NCBI GenBank assembly: GCA_943359325.1
Contig: CALRHD010000005.1
Span: 1-55,732 of the forward strand
Length of the DNA stretch: 55,732 bases
Origin: Candidatus Uhrbacteria bacterium
Lineage (GTDB): Bacteria; Patescibacteriota; Patescibacteriia; UBA9934
Reading direction: 5' to 3'
Shown here piece by piece: positions 17,151 to 27,296 of this stretch. How positions within the stretch are numbered: position 1 is the stretch's first letter; the number at the start of each line of letters is the position of its first letter. Under the pieces are notes generated by a model. It had not been told where the DNA came from. It did not search any database and saw only the letters and a list, made by a program, of their open reading frames with translations. The translations under genes were made by a program, and so were the position numbers.

Positions 17151-17876
17151 ATGGGCAATATATTCTTTGTTGCATTGTTCCAGCCGCTCTACAACTTGCT
17201 TGTCTTTTTGTATAACGTCGTACCTGCCGGCGGCGTGGGATTGGCAATTATTTTGATGACGGTGCTCGTGAAGGGCGCACTCTTGCCGCTCATGTACCGT
17301 TCCATGAAGGCGCAAAAAGAGTTACAAGAAATCCAGCCGAAAATTTCTGCGCTCAAGGCGGAATTAAAAGACAACAAAGAAGAGCTGGCGAAGCAGCTCA
17401 TGGGTGTCTACAAAACACATAACGTCAATCCGTTTGCATCGTGTTTGCCGACTATCGTGCAGCTTGTTGTGCTCATTGCGTTGTACCAAGTATTGAGCGC
17501 GGGGATTGCAACAGTCACCGCAACGACGTTGTATAGTTTTGTGCATAATCCCGAAACCATGGCGCACATGTTCTTGGGTATCGACCTTGCACATATCTCT
17601 ATTCCACTCGCGATCATTGCCGCAATTGCGCAATTTTTCCAGGCGCGACAATTGGTTTCACGTCGTCCGCCAAAAGAGGCGCGTGCCGATTCTGGTGCGC
17701 TCGACGAAGACATGGCGGCAACAATGAATAAAGTTACGCTTGTTATGCTCCCGCTTATGACGCTTATTATTGGTGTCACGACGGTGCCGGGCGGGCTTAC
17801 ATTGTACATACTTGTGTCGACGGTGCTTACATATTTGATGTATCATTTTTTCTTCGGGAACAAAAAAGCGGTATAG
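17151..17876 (+). CDS. yidC: Membrane protein insertase YidC (short form)
   Basis: LAIILMTVLVKGALLPLMYRSMKAQKELQEIQPKI..YKTHNVNPFASCLPTIVQL is the typical YidC/Oxa1 core. Confidence 0.9.
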   Translation: MGNIFFVALFQPLYNLLVFLYNVVPAGGVGLAIILMTVLVKGALLPLMYRSMKAQKELQEIQPKISALKAELKDNKEELAKQLMGVYKTHNVNPFASCLPTIVQLVVLIALYQVLSAGIATVTATTLYSFVHNPETMAHMFLGIDLAHISIPLAIIAAIAQFFQARQLVSRRPPKEARADSGALDEDMAATMNKVTLVMLPLMTLIIGVTTVPGGLTLYILVSTVLTYLMYHFFFGNKKAV

Positions 17877-17883
17877 TCTTGTT

Positions 17884-18888
17884 ATGCGTAAGCGAACTCT
17901 CCATACGCTTTTCTTTGCTGCGGCGTTTTTGCTGGGCGGTAGTTTGTTTGCATTTTTGGTTTGGAAGAGCGGCCCCACGGTTATTTGGCAAAGTTTAGTG
18001 ACGTTCGGTGTGGTGCCATTTTTTGGCTTTTTGACGTTATCGCTTATTAACTTTACGCTCTACAGCATTCGGTGGCGCATGATTATTAACGACATTGTGT
18101 TGCCGTCGCAACGATTGCCGTTGCGTCGCGTGTTCTTTCACCGCATGAGTGGGTATGCGGCGGGCTATTTGACGCCCGCGTCGCAAGTTGCAGGCGAACC
18201 GATTCGCGTTGCCATGTTGCGTTCTGAAAATATTCCACTGAAAGAAGCGACGAGCGCTGTTGTGCTCGACCTCGCGTTCGAGATCGCGGCGTTCGTGGTG
18301 TTCGTCGTGTCGGGTGTGGCGCTTGCGGTTGCGTCAGGGATTGAAGGTGGTCGGGCATTACAAGGGGCAGGAATTTTTACGGGAGTGCTGATTATTTTTC
18401 TTGTACTATTTTTTTGGACGACGGCAAACGGCAAAGGATTTTTCTCCGGCGCATTTCGTGCATTGCGACTTGACCGCGTTGTACGTTTGCAGCGGGCATA
18501 TCACTGGCTTGTCGATACAGAAAAAATGATGACGAAGTTTTTTGCGGGCAAGCCGCTTGTGCTCGTTTCTGTAGTGCTCTTGTCTGTCGTTGTTGTGTCA
18601 TTTAAGGCAATCGAAGCGTTATACATCGCACATTTTTTTGGCGCATCGCTGTCTCTTCGTGACGCGTTTCTCCTTTCGACGCTTCCTGGTGTCGTCCTCC
18701 TCCTCCCCATCCCTGCAGGGCTCGGCGTGTACGAGGGAACGAACGCCGCAACGTTTGTGCTTCTCGGCCTTAGTCTCAACGCCGTTGCATACACGATGAT
18801 TATTCGCCTTCGTGATTTCGTGTTTATCGGTATTGGTGTTATTCACGCAGTGCGGCGTGGAGAAAAACTTGTAAATAGATCGGCATGA
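17884..18888 (+). CDS. Flippase-like / LPG-synthase-TM (UPF0104) family membrane protein
   Basis: 334 aa with about 8 TM segments and the N-terminal pattern KRTLHTLFFAAAFLLGGSLFAFLVW..LINFTLYSIRW, typical of this family. Family assignment is by eye only. Confidence 0.6.
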   Translation: MRKRTLHTLFFAAAFLLGGSLFAFLVWKSGPTVIWQSLVTFGVVPFFGFLTLSLINFTLYSIRWRMIINDIVLPSQRLPLRRVFFHRMSGYAAGYLTPASQVAGEPIRVAMLRSENIPLKEATSAVVLDLAFEIAAFVVFVVSGVALAVASGIEGGRALQGAGIFTGVLIIFLVLFFWTTANGKGFFSGAFRALRLDRVVRLQRAYHWLVDTEKMMTKFFAGKPLVLVSVVLLSVVVVSFKAIEALYIAHFFGASLSLRDAFLLSTLPGVVLLLPIPAGLGVYEGTNAATFVLLGLSLNAVAYTMIIRLRDFVFIGIGVIHAVRRGEKLVNRSA

Positions 18889-18902
18889 AATGACAGGCTC
18901 TT

Positions 18903-19823
18903 ATGTCTGACAGAATGCAACGAGCACCCACACCCATCGCCGCTGATTGTTTTTCCGTCATCGCATACTTTTCTTATTTTCAGTATCCGTTGACGGCGTT
19001 TGAAGTGTGGAAGTGGTTGTATATGCCGTCGCAGGCATGGAGTCTTGTGGACGTTATGACAGTGCTCGAAAAGGACGAATGGCTCCGAGAACGCGTGGGG
19101 GAGTGGAACGGATTTTATGGTATGGGCGACGTGGAGTCGGCATGGCGCGACCGTCACTCCCGTTACCTCGATGCAATGCGAAAGTACGCGGCGCTGCGTT
19201 TGGTTGCGGCGCTTATTGGCCGATTGCCGAGTGTGGAGGGTGTGTTCGTGTGTAATTCACTTGCGTACCACCATACGAACGAAGAGAGCGATAGTGACTT
19301 GTGCGTTGTCACGAAATCGGGACGGGTGTGGACGGCGAGACTGTTTGTTGTGCTGATGCTGGCGTTGTTGCGAAAACGACCCGGTGAAGCGAAGCGCGAC
19401 CCCGTGTGTGCGAGTTTTTTTGTCGACGTTACGACGATGGATTTTTCCGTGTACGCTATCGAGCCGCACGACCCGTACCTTGCGTATTGGACGGCGACGC
19501 TTATTCCGCTCGTTGATCGCGAGGGGGTTACACAACACACCGCGCAAACAAATACATGGACAAAGCAGTTTTTGCCAAATGCCCAGTCCGTTCACCGCGC
19601 ATTCGCATTTCGACGTAAAAAGGGGTCAGGTCTTGTTATTACTCATTTTGTCACAGAAAAATTCGCGCGACGATTTCAAGAAAAACGATTTACTCCTGTG
19701 ATTACTGCACTCTTGAACGTCGATTCGCGTGTTGTCGTGAACGACCACGTACTCAAATTTCATACGAATGACCGTCGCGCTGAAATTGCTACGACATATA
19801 AAGAAAAACTTTCTCGTATATGA
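18903..19823 (+). CDS. Hypothetical protein with a possible pol-beta-type nucleotidyltransferase motif; carries an in-frame 33-nt repeat insertion
   Basis: CNSLAYHHTNEESDSDLCVV resembles GS-x(n)-DxD. Residues KGSGLVITHF are encoded by the repeat at 19618-19650. Confidence 0.5.
   Translation: MSDRMQRAPTPIAADCFSVIAYFSYFQYPLTAFEVWKWLYMPSQAWSLVDVMTVLEKDEWLRERVGEWNGFYGMGDVESAWRDRHSRYLDAMRKYAALRLVAALIGRLPSVEGVFVCNSLAYHHTNEESDSDLCVVTKSGRVWTARLFVVLMLALLRKRPGEAKRDPVCASFFVDVTTMDFSVYAIEPHDPYLAYWTATLIPLVDREGVTQHTAQTNTWTKQFLPNAQSVHRAFAFRRKKGSGLVITHFVTEKFARRFQEKRFTPVITALLNVDSRVVVNDHVLKFHTNDRRAEIATTYKEKLSRI
19618..19650 (+). repeat. Solo copy of the 32-33 nt terminal repeat of the 21120-22023 element, lying inside a CDS
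   Basis: aaaaggggtcaggtcttgttattactcattttg is identical to 21120-21152. Confidence 0.9.
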
Positions 19824-21157
19824 CTATTCCGTTGAAGCAAACCCTGCTCTGTGTGTTCGTATTTTTACTCCCGTGGCAAACGCATCTTCTTGTGTCGACG
19901 GGAATGATTGGCGACGTTATTCATCCGTTTGCCGAAGCAAAGATTTTTTTGACGGAAATTTTTGTGCTGCTTGCGGCGCTTGCTGTGCTGTGGGAGCGGC
20001 CGAAGATTGACGCGTCGTCTCGGCGCGTCATTGTACTTGCCGTGCTCGTATTTGTTTCTGCTACGCTATCGCTTATTGCCAACGGAGCAACAGCGCACGG
20101 CTTGTCGATGCTCGACCATTTGTTTGTCGCGATGTTGTTTTTTACGCTTCTGCTCGATCGCGATGTCCACATTCTGCCGCTGTTGATTGCATTTTGCGCA
20201 GGGCTTGTTGTGCCGTCGCTGCTCGGAATATGGCAGGTGCTTTTTGACTCTTCGTTTGCGTCGACACTTCTCGGTCTCGCGCATCGCGATGCGCAGCAAC
20301 TTGGTGACGCTGTGACTATTGCTGCCGACGGAACACGTCAACTTCGTGCGTATGGCAGTTTTTCGCACCCAAACATTTTTGGCGGCTATCTCGCTGTTGC
20401 TGTATTCGCGCTGTGGGGGAGCATGAAAAAAGAAAAAGGGGTCAGGTCTTGGTCCGCCAGCTGGCGAAGGAATTTTGCCTTGTTGTTGCTATTGGTTGTC
20501 GTCCTCTTTTTTACCGCTTCGCGATCCGCAATTCTTGGTCTATTGCTTGGCATTGGTCTCGTGCAGTTCGTTCGGTTCATGTCGGTGAAATGTAGAAATG
20601 GCGTGGTACGAGCGAGATTACTCGTTGTTCCCATCGCAATTGCCGTCATCGGTAGTGCATTGTTTATTTCGTACGCAGAACCAAACGTTGTCGCGAGTAT
20701 TCGCGGCGGCGGCATTACTGAAGATCGTTCGCTCGATGAACGGAAGGAGCAGTTTGCTGATTTCCCCGCAGTGGTCGCCGGCCACATGATGTTCGGTAAC
20801 GGTATGGGAAGTTATGTTTTGGCGGCGTACAGCGCAAAAACGTGTACAGGCTGGGACTGTCAGCCGATGCACAACACGCTCCTCCTTATTCTCGCCGAAC
20901 TTGGTGTCGTCGGCCTCGTCGTTGTTATTGCGTGGTCATCAACAATCGACCGCATAAATTTCGCACGCTTTCCGAACCCCGATGCGCTCGTCGCATTCGC
21001 GATGGGCAACGTTATTCTCATCATTCTCTTTTTTGACCACTATATCTGGTCGACATGGTCTGGTCTCGCACTCATCGCTTTCGTCATGGCACTTACCGTC
21101 CGCATGGGAGAAAAGCAAGAAAAGGGGTCAGGTCTTGTTATTACTCATTTTGAGTAA
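19820..21157 (+). CDS. O-antigen ligase (Wzy_C/WaaL) family membrane protein
   Basis: RAYGSFSHPNIFGGYLAV, FFTASRSAILGLLLG, QPMHNTLLLILAELGVVG. There is an ATGA overlap with the upstream gene. The C-terminal KGSGLVITHFE is encoded by the element repeat. Confidence 0.8.
   Translation: MTIPLKQTLLCVFVFLLPWQTHLLVSTGMIGDVIHPFAEAKIFLTEIFVLLAALAVLWERPKIDASSRRVIVLAVLVFVSATLSLIANGATAHGLSMLDHLFVAMLFFTLLLDRDVHILPLLIAFCAGLVVPSLLGIWQVLFDSSFASTLLGLAHRDAQQLGDAVTIAADGTRQLRAYGSFSHPNIFGGYLAVAVFALWGSMKKEKGVRSWSASWRRNFALLLLLVVVLFFTASRSAILGLLLGIGLVQFVRFMSVKCRNGVVRARLLVVPIAIAVIGSALFISYAEPNVVASIRGGGITEDRSLDERKEQFADFPAVVAGHMMFGNGMGSYVLAAYSAKTCTGWDCQPMHNTLLLILAELGVVGLVVVIAWSSTIDRINFARFPNPDALVAFAMGNVILIILFFDHYIWSTWSGLALIAFVMALTVRMGEKQEKGSGLVITHFE
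20434..20451 (+). repeat. Partial (18-nt) copy of the same repeat inside the O-antigen ligase CDS
   Basis: aaaaggggtcaggtcttg, after which the sequence diverges. Encodes KKEKGVRSW. Confidence 0.6.
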
Positions 21158-22023
21158 AATTTTATGACGCGACCACTTCGTATTACATACTCTGGAGCTC
21201 TCTATCACATCACTGCTCGCGGCAATGAGAAGAAAGATATTTTCTTTTCCGACAGCGATCGCAGTCGTTTTTTGACAACTCTGGGTAATGTCGTAAGGTC
21301 ATATAATTGGATCTGTCACGGTTACTGTTTGATGGATAATCATTATCATCTACTGATTGAAACACCAGAAGGCAATCTATCGGAAGGTATGCGGCAACTG
21401 AACGGCATGTATACGCAGTCGATGAACAAGGTTCGCGGTCGGGTCGGTCACCTTTTTCAAGGAAGATTTAAAGCATTTCTTGTTGAGCAAGAAACATATT
21501 TGCGAGAAGTCGCCCGATATATTGTTTTAAATCCTGTGCGCGCAAAGATTGCCCGTCGACCAGAGGATTGGCGTTGGAGTAGCTATAGGGCCATGGTGGG
21601 TATTCGTGCGGTTCCTGATTTTCTTACTACACAAAATATACTCCGACGCTTTAGCTCGACAAAAAAGATCGCAATACAGAGGTATCGTGATTTTGTCTAC
21701 GAAGGGATTGGTGCGAGAAGTCCATTCCATAATGTACAACATGGTACATTGCTTGGCTCGCAGCAATTTGTTGATGCAATGTGGCAAGCAAATGACACGT
21801 CACACCTCACAGAAGTTTCAAAAGAAAATCGTATTATTGGACGTCCATCACTAAAAGATTTATTTTCAGGGAAACCAAGCAAAAAAGTTCGCAATCATAT
21901 GATTTGTGTCGCAAGAGATCAGTGCGGATATCCTATGATCGAAATTGCAAAAGCATTAAAAATACACTACTCGTCGGTGACGAGAATTTATAAAATGAGT
22001 AATAACAAGACCTGACCCCTTTT
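21120..22023 (+). mobile_element. 904-bp unit: a Y1/HUH transposase gene bounded by perfect 32-bp inverted repeats
   Basis: The left arm aaaaggggtcaggtcttgttattactcatttt (21120-21151) is the exact reverse complement of 21992-22023. Confidence 0.8.
21164..22015 (+). CDS. HUH/Y1 transposase-like protein (IS200-like / REP-associated tyrosine transposase family) with a C-terminal DnaA-C-like HTH
   Basis: PLRITYSGALYHITARGN, CLMDNHYHLLIETP (HUH), GHLFQGRFKA, ARYIVLNPVRA (catalytic Tyr region), WRWSSY. The C-terminal CGYPMIEIAKALKIHYSSVTRI is HTH-like. Confidence 0.85.
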   Translation: MTRPLRITYSGALYHITARGNEKKDIFFSDSDRSRFLTTLGNVVRSYNWICHGYCLMDNHYHLLIETPEGNLSEGMRQLNGMYTQSMNKVRGRVGHLFQGRFKAFLVEQETYLREVARYIVLNPVRAKIARRPEDWRWSSYRAMVGIRAVPDFLTTQNILRRFSSTKKIAIQRYRDFVYEGIGARSPFHNVQHGTLLGSQQFVDAMWQANDTSHLTEVSKENRIIGRPSLKDLFSGKPSKKVRNHMICVARDQCGYPMIEIAKALKIHYSSVTRIYKMSNNKT

Positions 22024-22101
22024 CCTTGACATTCCAGTGTTTACGCGGCAAGATGCGGCGAGAAAAGCTATACTTATAATTATTGTTAACGAGATGTTTC
22101 T

Positions 22102-22389
22102 ATGACATTGCGACCATTGGGCGGCAACATCATCGTCGAGCCGGAGGTGAAAGAAGCAAAGACGGCGTCAGGAATTTATTTGGCAGACGCGGGAGAAAAG
22201 CGTCAAGGGCAAGGCAAGGTGATCGCTGTTGGTCCCGGAAAAACGCTTGAGAACGGCACGCGTCAGAGTGTTGATGTAAAAATTGGTGATACGATCGTAT
22301 TCAAACAATACGCGCCGGACGAAGTGAAAGTAGAAAATAAAACATATCTTGTGCTTTCTGCCGACGACGTGATGGCGATAATTGAGTAA
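22102..22389 (+). CDS. groES: Co-chaperonin GroES
   Basis: LRPLGGNIIVEP..KTASGIYL..GKVIAVGPG is the typical Cpn10 pattern. Confidence 0.96.
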   Translation: MTLRPLGGNIIVEPEVKEAKTASGIYLADAGEKRQGQGKVIAVGPGKTLENGTRQSVDVKIGDTIVFKQYAPDEVKVENKTYLVLSADDVMAIIE

Positions 22390-24093
<1,704 letters not shown>

Positions 24094-24106
24094 AGAACAA
24101 GCAAGA

Positions 24107-24130
24107 AGCGGGGCATGTACCCCGCTTTTG
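24107..24130 (+). terminator. Intrinsic terminator after groEL
   Basis: AGCGGGG-catgta-CCCCGCT followed by TTTG. Confidence 0.65.
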
Positions 24131-24147
24131 CTATGCTGTTGACTATT

Positions 24148-24614
24148 ATGAACGATGAAGAAATACGTCTTGCTGCAAAAGCGGAGATACGTACAAAAAA
24201 GAAAAGATTAATTGAAAAATTTGGGGGAAAACTGAGTTTTCAAAAAATCTTGCTCATGCTTTTGAGCGCGGATCGTTTCGCGACGCGTTTCCAACGAATA
24301 GAGAATTTACGTTCTCGAAGATAGTGCGTATTGATCCCGATGAAATTCGGAGTGAAATTACAGGATATAATGGGAGCAATGCGTACCTTTTCCAAGGAGC
24401 GATTTCAGACGGTGTGAATCGTATTATGGATCACTGCCAGGTTAAGAATAAATCATTTATTCTTGACGGCACATTTTCGAAATATGATACATCGAAAAAG
24501 AACGTTGAACGAGATCTTTCATCGAATAACTATGCGGTAAGTATTAATATTGATAATATTGACGGTAAGGGAAAAATCCCATACGATGAAAATGATCTGT
24601 TACAAAAACTGTAA
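24148..24614 (+). pseudogene. Decayed zeta-toxin/AAA-kinase-like gene: frameshifted, Walker A disrupted, C-terminally truncated
   Basis: The second frame reads ..WGKTEFSKNLAHAFERG..VRIDPDEIRSEITGY..AYLFQGAISDGVNRIMDHCQVKNKSFILDGTF, matching the zeta-toxin pattern (GK[ST] .. vIDaDefR .. q..a .. n.ilEGT). A stop lies immediately before the GKT. The upstream part (MNDEEIRLAAKAEIRTKKKRLIEKFGG) is in another frame. The region is AT-rich. Confidence 0.45.
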
Positions 24615-24843
24615 TTTTATGGGATTTATCAATCAACTTTTTGTTAAATTTACTATGGGCAATCAACCCAAAAAGGTTGACGCGCTGCATTATTTTATTA
24701 CTGAGGTTTCTGCGGGAAAAAAGAAACGGGCATTGGGAATGATTATCAAGCAGGTGAATAAGGATCAGAGAGCTATCGTCGAACAGGGTCGAAAATTGTC
24801 GGTAATAAAAAGTTAGAGATTTAACGATTCGTAATTTTTTGTT

Positions 24844-25227
24844 ATGGAAAACACGCCAGAAACAGTCATTGTTCATGTGCCGCACGGTGGTCCAAGCGAA
24901 AAAGATCGTGCGCTCGGAGCTATTGCGTACATTGGTCCTTTGTTCATTGCCTCGTACATTTTTGGCACAGAGTCGAAATTTATAAAGTTCCATGCTGCGC
25001 AGGGTATGGTGTTTTTTATCGCGGCAATCGTTATCCGGCTCGTGCTGGGCACGTTATTAGTTTCTTCGGGCGGCATGGGCGCCGCGATGTTCGGTGGAAG
25101 TTCTCTTATGATGCTTGTGCATCTCGTGTTGCTCATTATTGCAATCATCGCAGTTATCAAAGCGGCAAAAGGTGAAGAATGGGAAATGCCTGTTGTGGGG
25201 CCGCTTGCAAAAAAGTTAAAAGTGTAA
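24844..25227 (+). CDS. DUF4870-like small membrane protein
   Basis: EKDRALGAIAYIGPLFIASYIFGTESKFIKFHAAQGMVFFI matches the family pattern (..HL..l..PLi.yl..k.s.fv.fHa.Q.l.f). Confidence 0.65.
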   Translation: MENTPETVIVHVPHGGPSEKDRALGAIAYIGPLFIASYIFGTESKFIKFHAAQGMVFFIAAIVIRLVLGTLLVSSGGMGAAMFGGSSLMMLVHLVLLIIAIIAVIKAAKGEEWEMPVVGPLAKKLKV

Positions 25228-25238
25228 ATTCAAGATCC

Positions 25239-26351
25239 ATGTCTCAACTACACAATCGGATTGCTGCACTTGGAAACCGCCTCGCACAAGCGTGGTCGGT
25301 TTTGCGTTTGGAGGAATCGCGAAGTCGCGTTGTAGAATGTGAAGGCGAAATGAATGAACAGGATTTTTGGAACGATCAAGCGCGTGCGCGACGTATTTCA
25401 CAGGAAGCGGCAGAGCTAAAAAAAGAATTAGCGACGTGGGACGGAGTGAAGAAAGAGTTAGATGACATTGCCGCACTCGATGCGCTTGCAGAAAGTGAAG
25501 GCGACGATGCGCTCCGCAAAGACGCCGAAGCCGCGATTGCGAATCTCGAAACGCGTTTTACGTCGATGGAATTTCAAATGTTGCTTTCGGGTGACTATGA
25601 CTCGCGGAGTGCAATTGTCTCCATTCATGCCGGCGCAGGAGGAACCGATGCGCTCGACTGGACAGGAATGCTTTTGCGAATGTTTACCCGATTTGCCGAG
25701 CAGCACAGTTTTATCGTCGACCTTTTGGACGAATCTAAAGGGGAGGAGGCGGGTTTCAAAAGTGTGACGTTCGCCGTTCGTGGGAGATATGCCTACGGGT
25801 GGCTTCGAAGCGAGGCAGGCGTACACCGATTGGTGCGCATTTCGCCGTTTGACGCCGAGCAAATGCGTCATACGACGTTCGCACTTGTTGAGGTGTTGCC
25901 GGAGTTTGATGAAGTGGATGAAAAAGCGATCGACATCGACAGTGACGATTTGCGCATTGACACGTTCCTCGCGTCGGGCAAGGGTGGGCAGTCAGTGAAT
26001 ACAACGTATTCGGCGGTGCGCATTACGCACATTCCGACGAATACGGTGGTGTCGTGTCAAAATGAACGGTCGCAATCGCAAAATAAGGAAACAGCGATGC
26101 GCGTGTTGAAGGCGAAGCTGTACCAGCGTATGGTGAAGGAGCGTGCGACAAAACTTTCCGACATTAAGGGCGAACATAAGAGCGCGGAGTGGGGCAATCA
26201 AATTCGCAGCTACGTTTTGCACCCGTATCGCCTTGTGAAAGATCACCGCACCGACGTTGAAACGCCCGACACTGACGCCGTTCTGAACGGTGAACTCACC
26301 ATGTTCATGGAAGCATTTTTGCGGAAAGATGCAGAGGAGAGAAATGGATAA
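25239..26351 (+). CDS. prfB: Peptide chain release factor 2, contiguous with no +1 frameshift site
   Basis: RISPFD (SPF tripeptide), SGKGGQSVNTT (GGQ). The start is placed at the ATG at 25239 (MSQLHN). Confidence 0.95.
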   Translation: MSQLHNRIAALGNRLAQAWSVLRLEESRSRVVECEGEMNEQDFWNDQARARRISQEAAELKKELATWDGVKKELDDIAALDALAESEGDDALRKDAEAAIANLETRFTSMEFQMLLSGDYDSRSAIVSIHAGAGGTDALDWTGMLLRMFTRFAEQHSFIVDLLDESKGEEAGFKSVTFAVRGRYAYGWLRSEAGVHRLVRISPFDAEQMRHTTFALVEVLPEFDEVDEKAIDIDSDDLRIDTFLASGKGGQSVNTTYSAVRITHIPTNTVVSCQNERSQSQNKETAMRVLKAKLYQRMVKERATKLSDIKGEHKSAEWGNQIRSYVLHPYRLVKDHRTDVETPDTDAVLNGELTMFMEAFLRKDAEERNG

Positions 26352-26366
26352 GAGTGAAAGCTGAAA

Positions 26367-27296
26367 ATGTGTATGACCTATAAAAATGCACTTGTTACGG
26401 GCGGCGCTGGCTTCATCGGCTCGCATGTTGTTGACGCGCTCGTGGCGCAGGGTGTTGTGGTGACGGTGGTTGATAAAGTCGACCCACTTCCTGATCGGAA
26501 AAATATTGGCGCGACGTATGTACGTATCGATATCAACGACGAAAAAATTGGAGAGGTGTTTCATGACGCCGCTCCTGATGTCGTGTTTCATTTGGCGGCG
26601 CATGTCGACGACAGGGCGTCAGTGCTTGACCCTGTTTTTAATGCGCAAGAAAATATTTTGGGGACGCTCAACGTATGCGAAGCGGCGCGAAAGGCAGGAG
26701 TAAAGAAAATCGTTTTTGCGTCGACGGGGGTTGTGTATGGTAAAGAGGAAAGTTTAGAGCCGACGAATGAAAGTGTCGTGCCGCGGCCGCAAACGCCGTA
26801 TGCGGTTTCGAAATTGGCGGGGGAGCGGTACCTTCACTTCTATTCCACAATGTATGGTATTCCGTATGTTGCGTTGCGACTTGCAAATGTTTACGGCCCA
26901 CGTCAAGACGGAAGCAAAGAGTGTGGCGTAATTGCGATTGCAACGTCACGGTTATTCGCAGGCAAGGAAGTATTTTTGCACAACGACGGGCTGACGACAC
27001 GCGACTATGTGTTTGTCGGCGATGTGGTGACCGCGATGCTTGCTGCAGCAGAGAAAGACGTTACGGGTGTAATGAATATTGGAACAGGTGTGGGAACGTC
27101 GACGAAAGACGTGTGCGAAAAAGTTTTTGCGGCGATGCACATGCCACTTCTTCTTACACCAAAGCCTGATGTCGATGACGCAGTCAAGCATGTTGCGCTT
27201 GATAGTACAAAGGCGAAAGCAGGGCTTGATTGGTCGCCAAGAGTACGCGTCGACGACGGTATCGCTGAAACGATTTCGTGGTACGAAAAAGTATGA
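26367..27296 (+). CDS. NAD-dependent epimerase/dehydratase (UDP-glucose 4-epimerase-like SDR)
   Basis: ALVTGGAGFIGSHVVDAL and YAVSKLAGE (YxxxK). Confidence 0.9.
   Translation: MCMTYKNALVTGGAGFIGSHVVDALVAQGVVVTVVDKVDPLPDRKNIGATYVRIDINDEKIGEVFHDAAPDVVFHLAAHVDDRASVLDPVFNAQENILGTLNVCEAARKAGVKKIVFASTGVVYGKEESLEPTNESVVPRPQTPYAVSKLAGERYLHFYSTMYGIPYVALRLANVYGPRQDGSKECGVIAIATSRLFAGKEVFLHNDGLTTRDYVFVGDVVTAMLAAAEKDVTGVMNIGTGVGTSTKDVCEKVFAAMHMPLLLTPKPDVDDAVKHVALDSTKAKAGLDWSPRVRVDDGIAETISWYEKV

Noticed and set aside
22024-22101. CIRCE/HrcA operator or a clear promoter upstream of groES
   Set aside because: There is no TTAGCACTC-N9-GAGTGCTAA-like inverted repeat. A TTGACA at 22026 and a TATAAT at about 22072 exist but are not correctly spaced relative to each other.
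24550-24993. ORFs 24550-24816 plus (88 aa) and 24544-24993 minus (149 aa) in the AT-rich islet
   Set aside because: No motifs and no convincing start signals. The minus ORF overlaps the DUF4870 gene start. A short ORF from the ATG at 24655 (MGNQPKKVDALHYF...) cannot be excluded but is unsupported.
25239-25330. Programmed +1 frameshift site in prfB
   Set aside because: I looked for the CTT-TGA-C type site about 25 codons in. The ORF is contiguous from MSQLHN onward, so no frameshift is needed.
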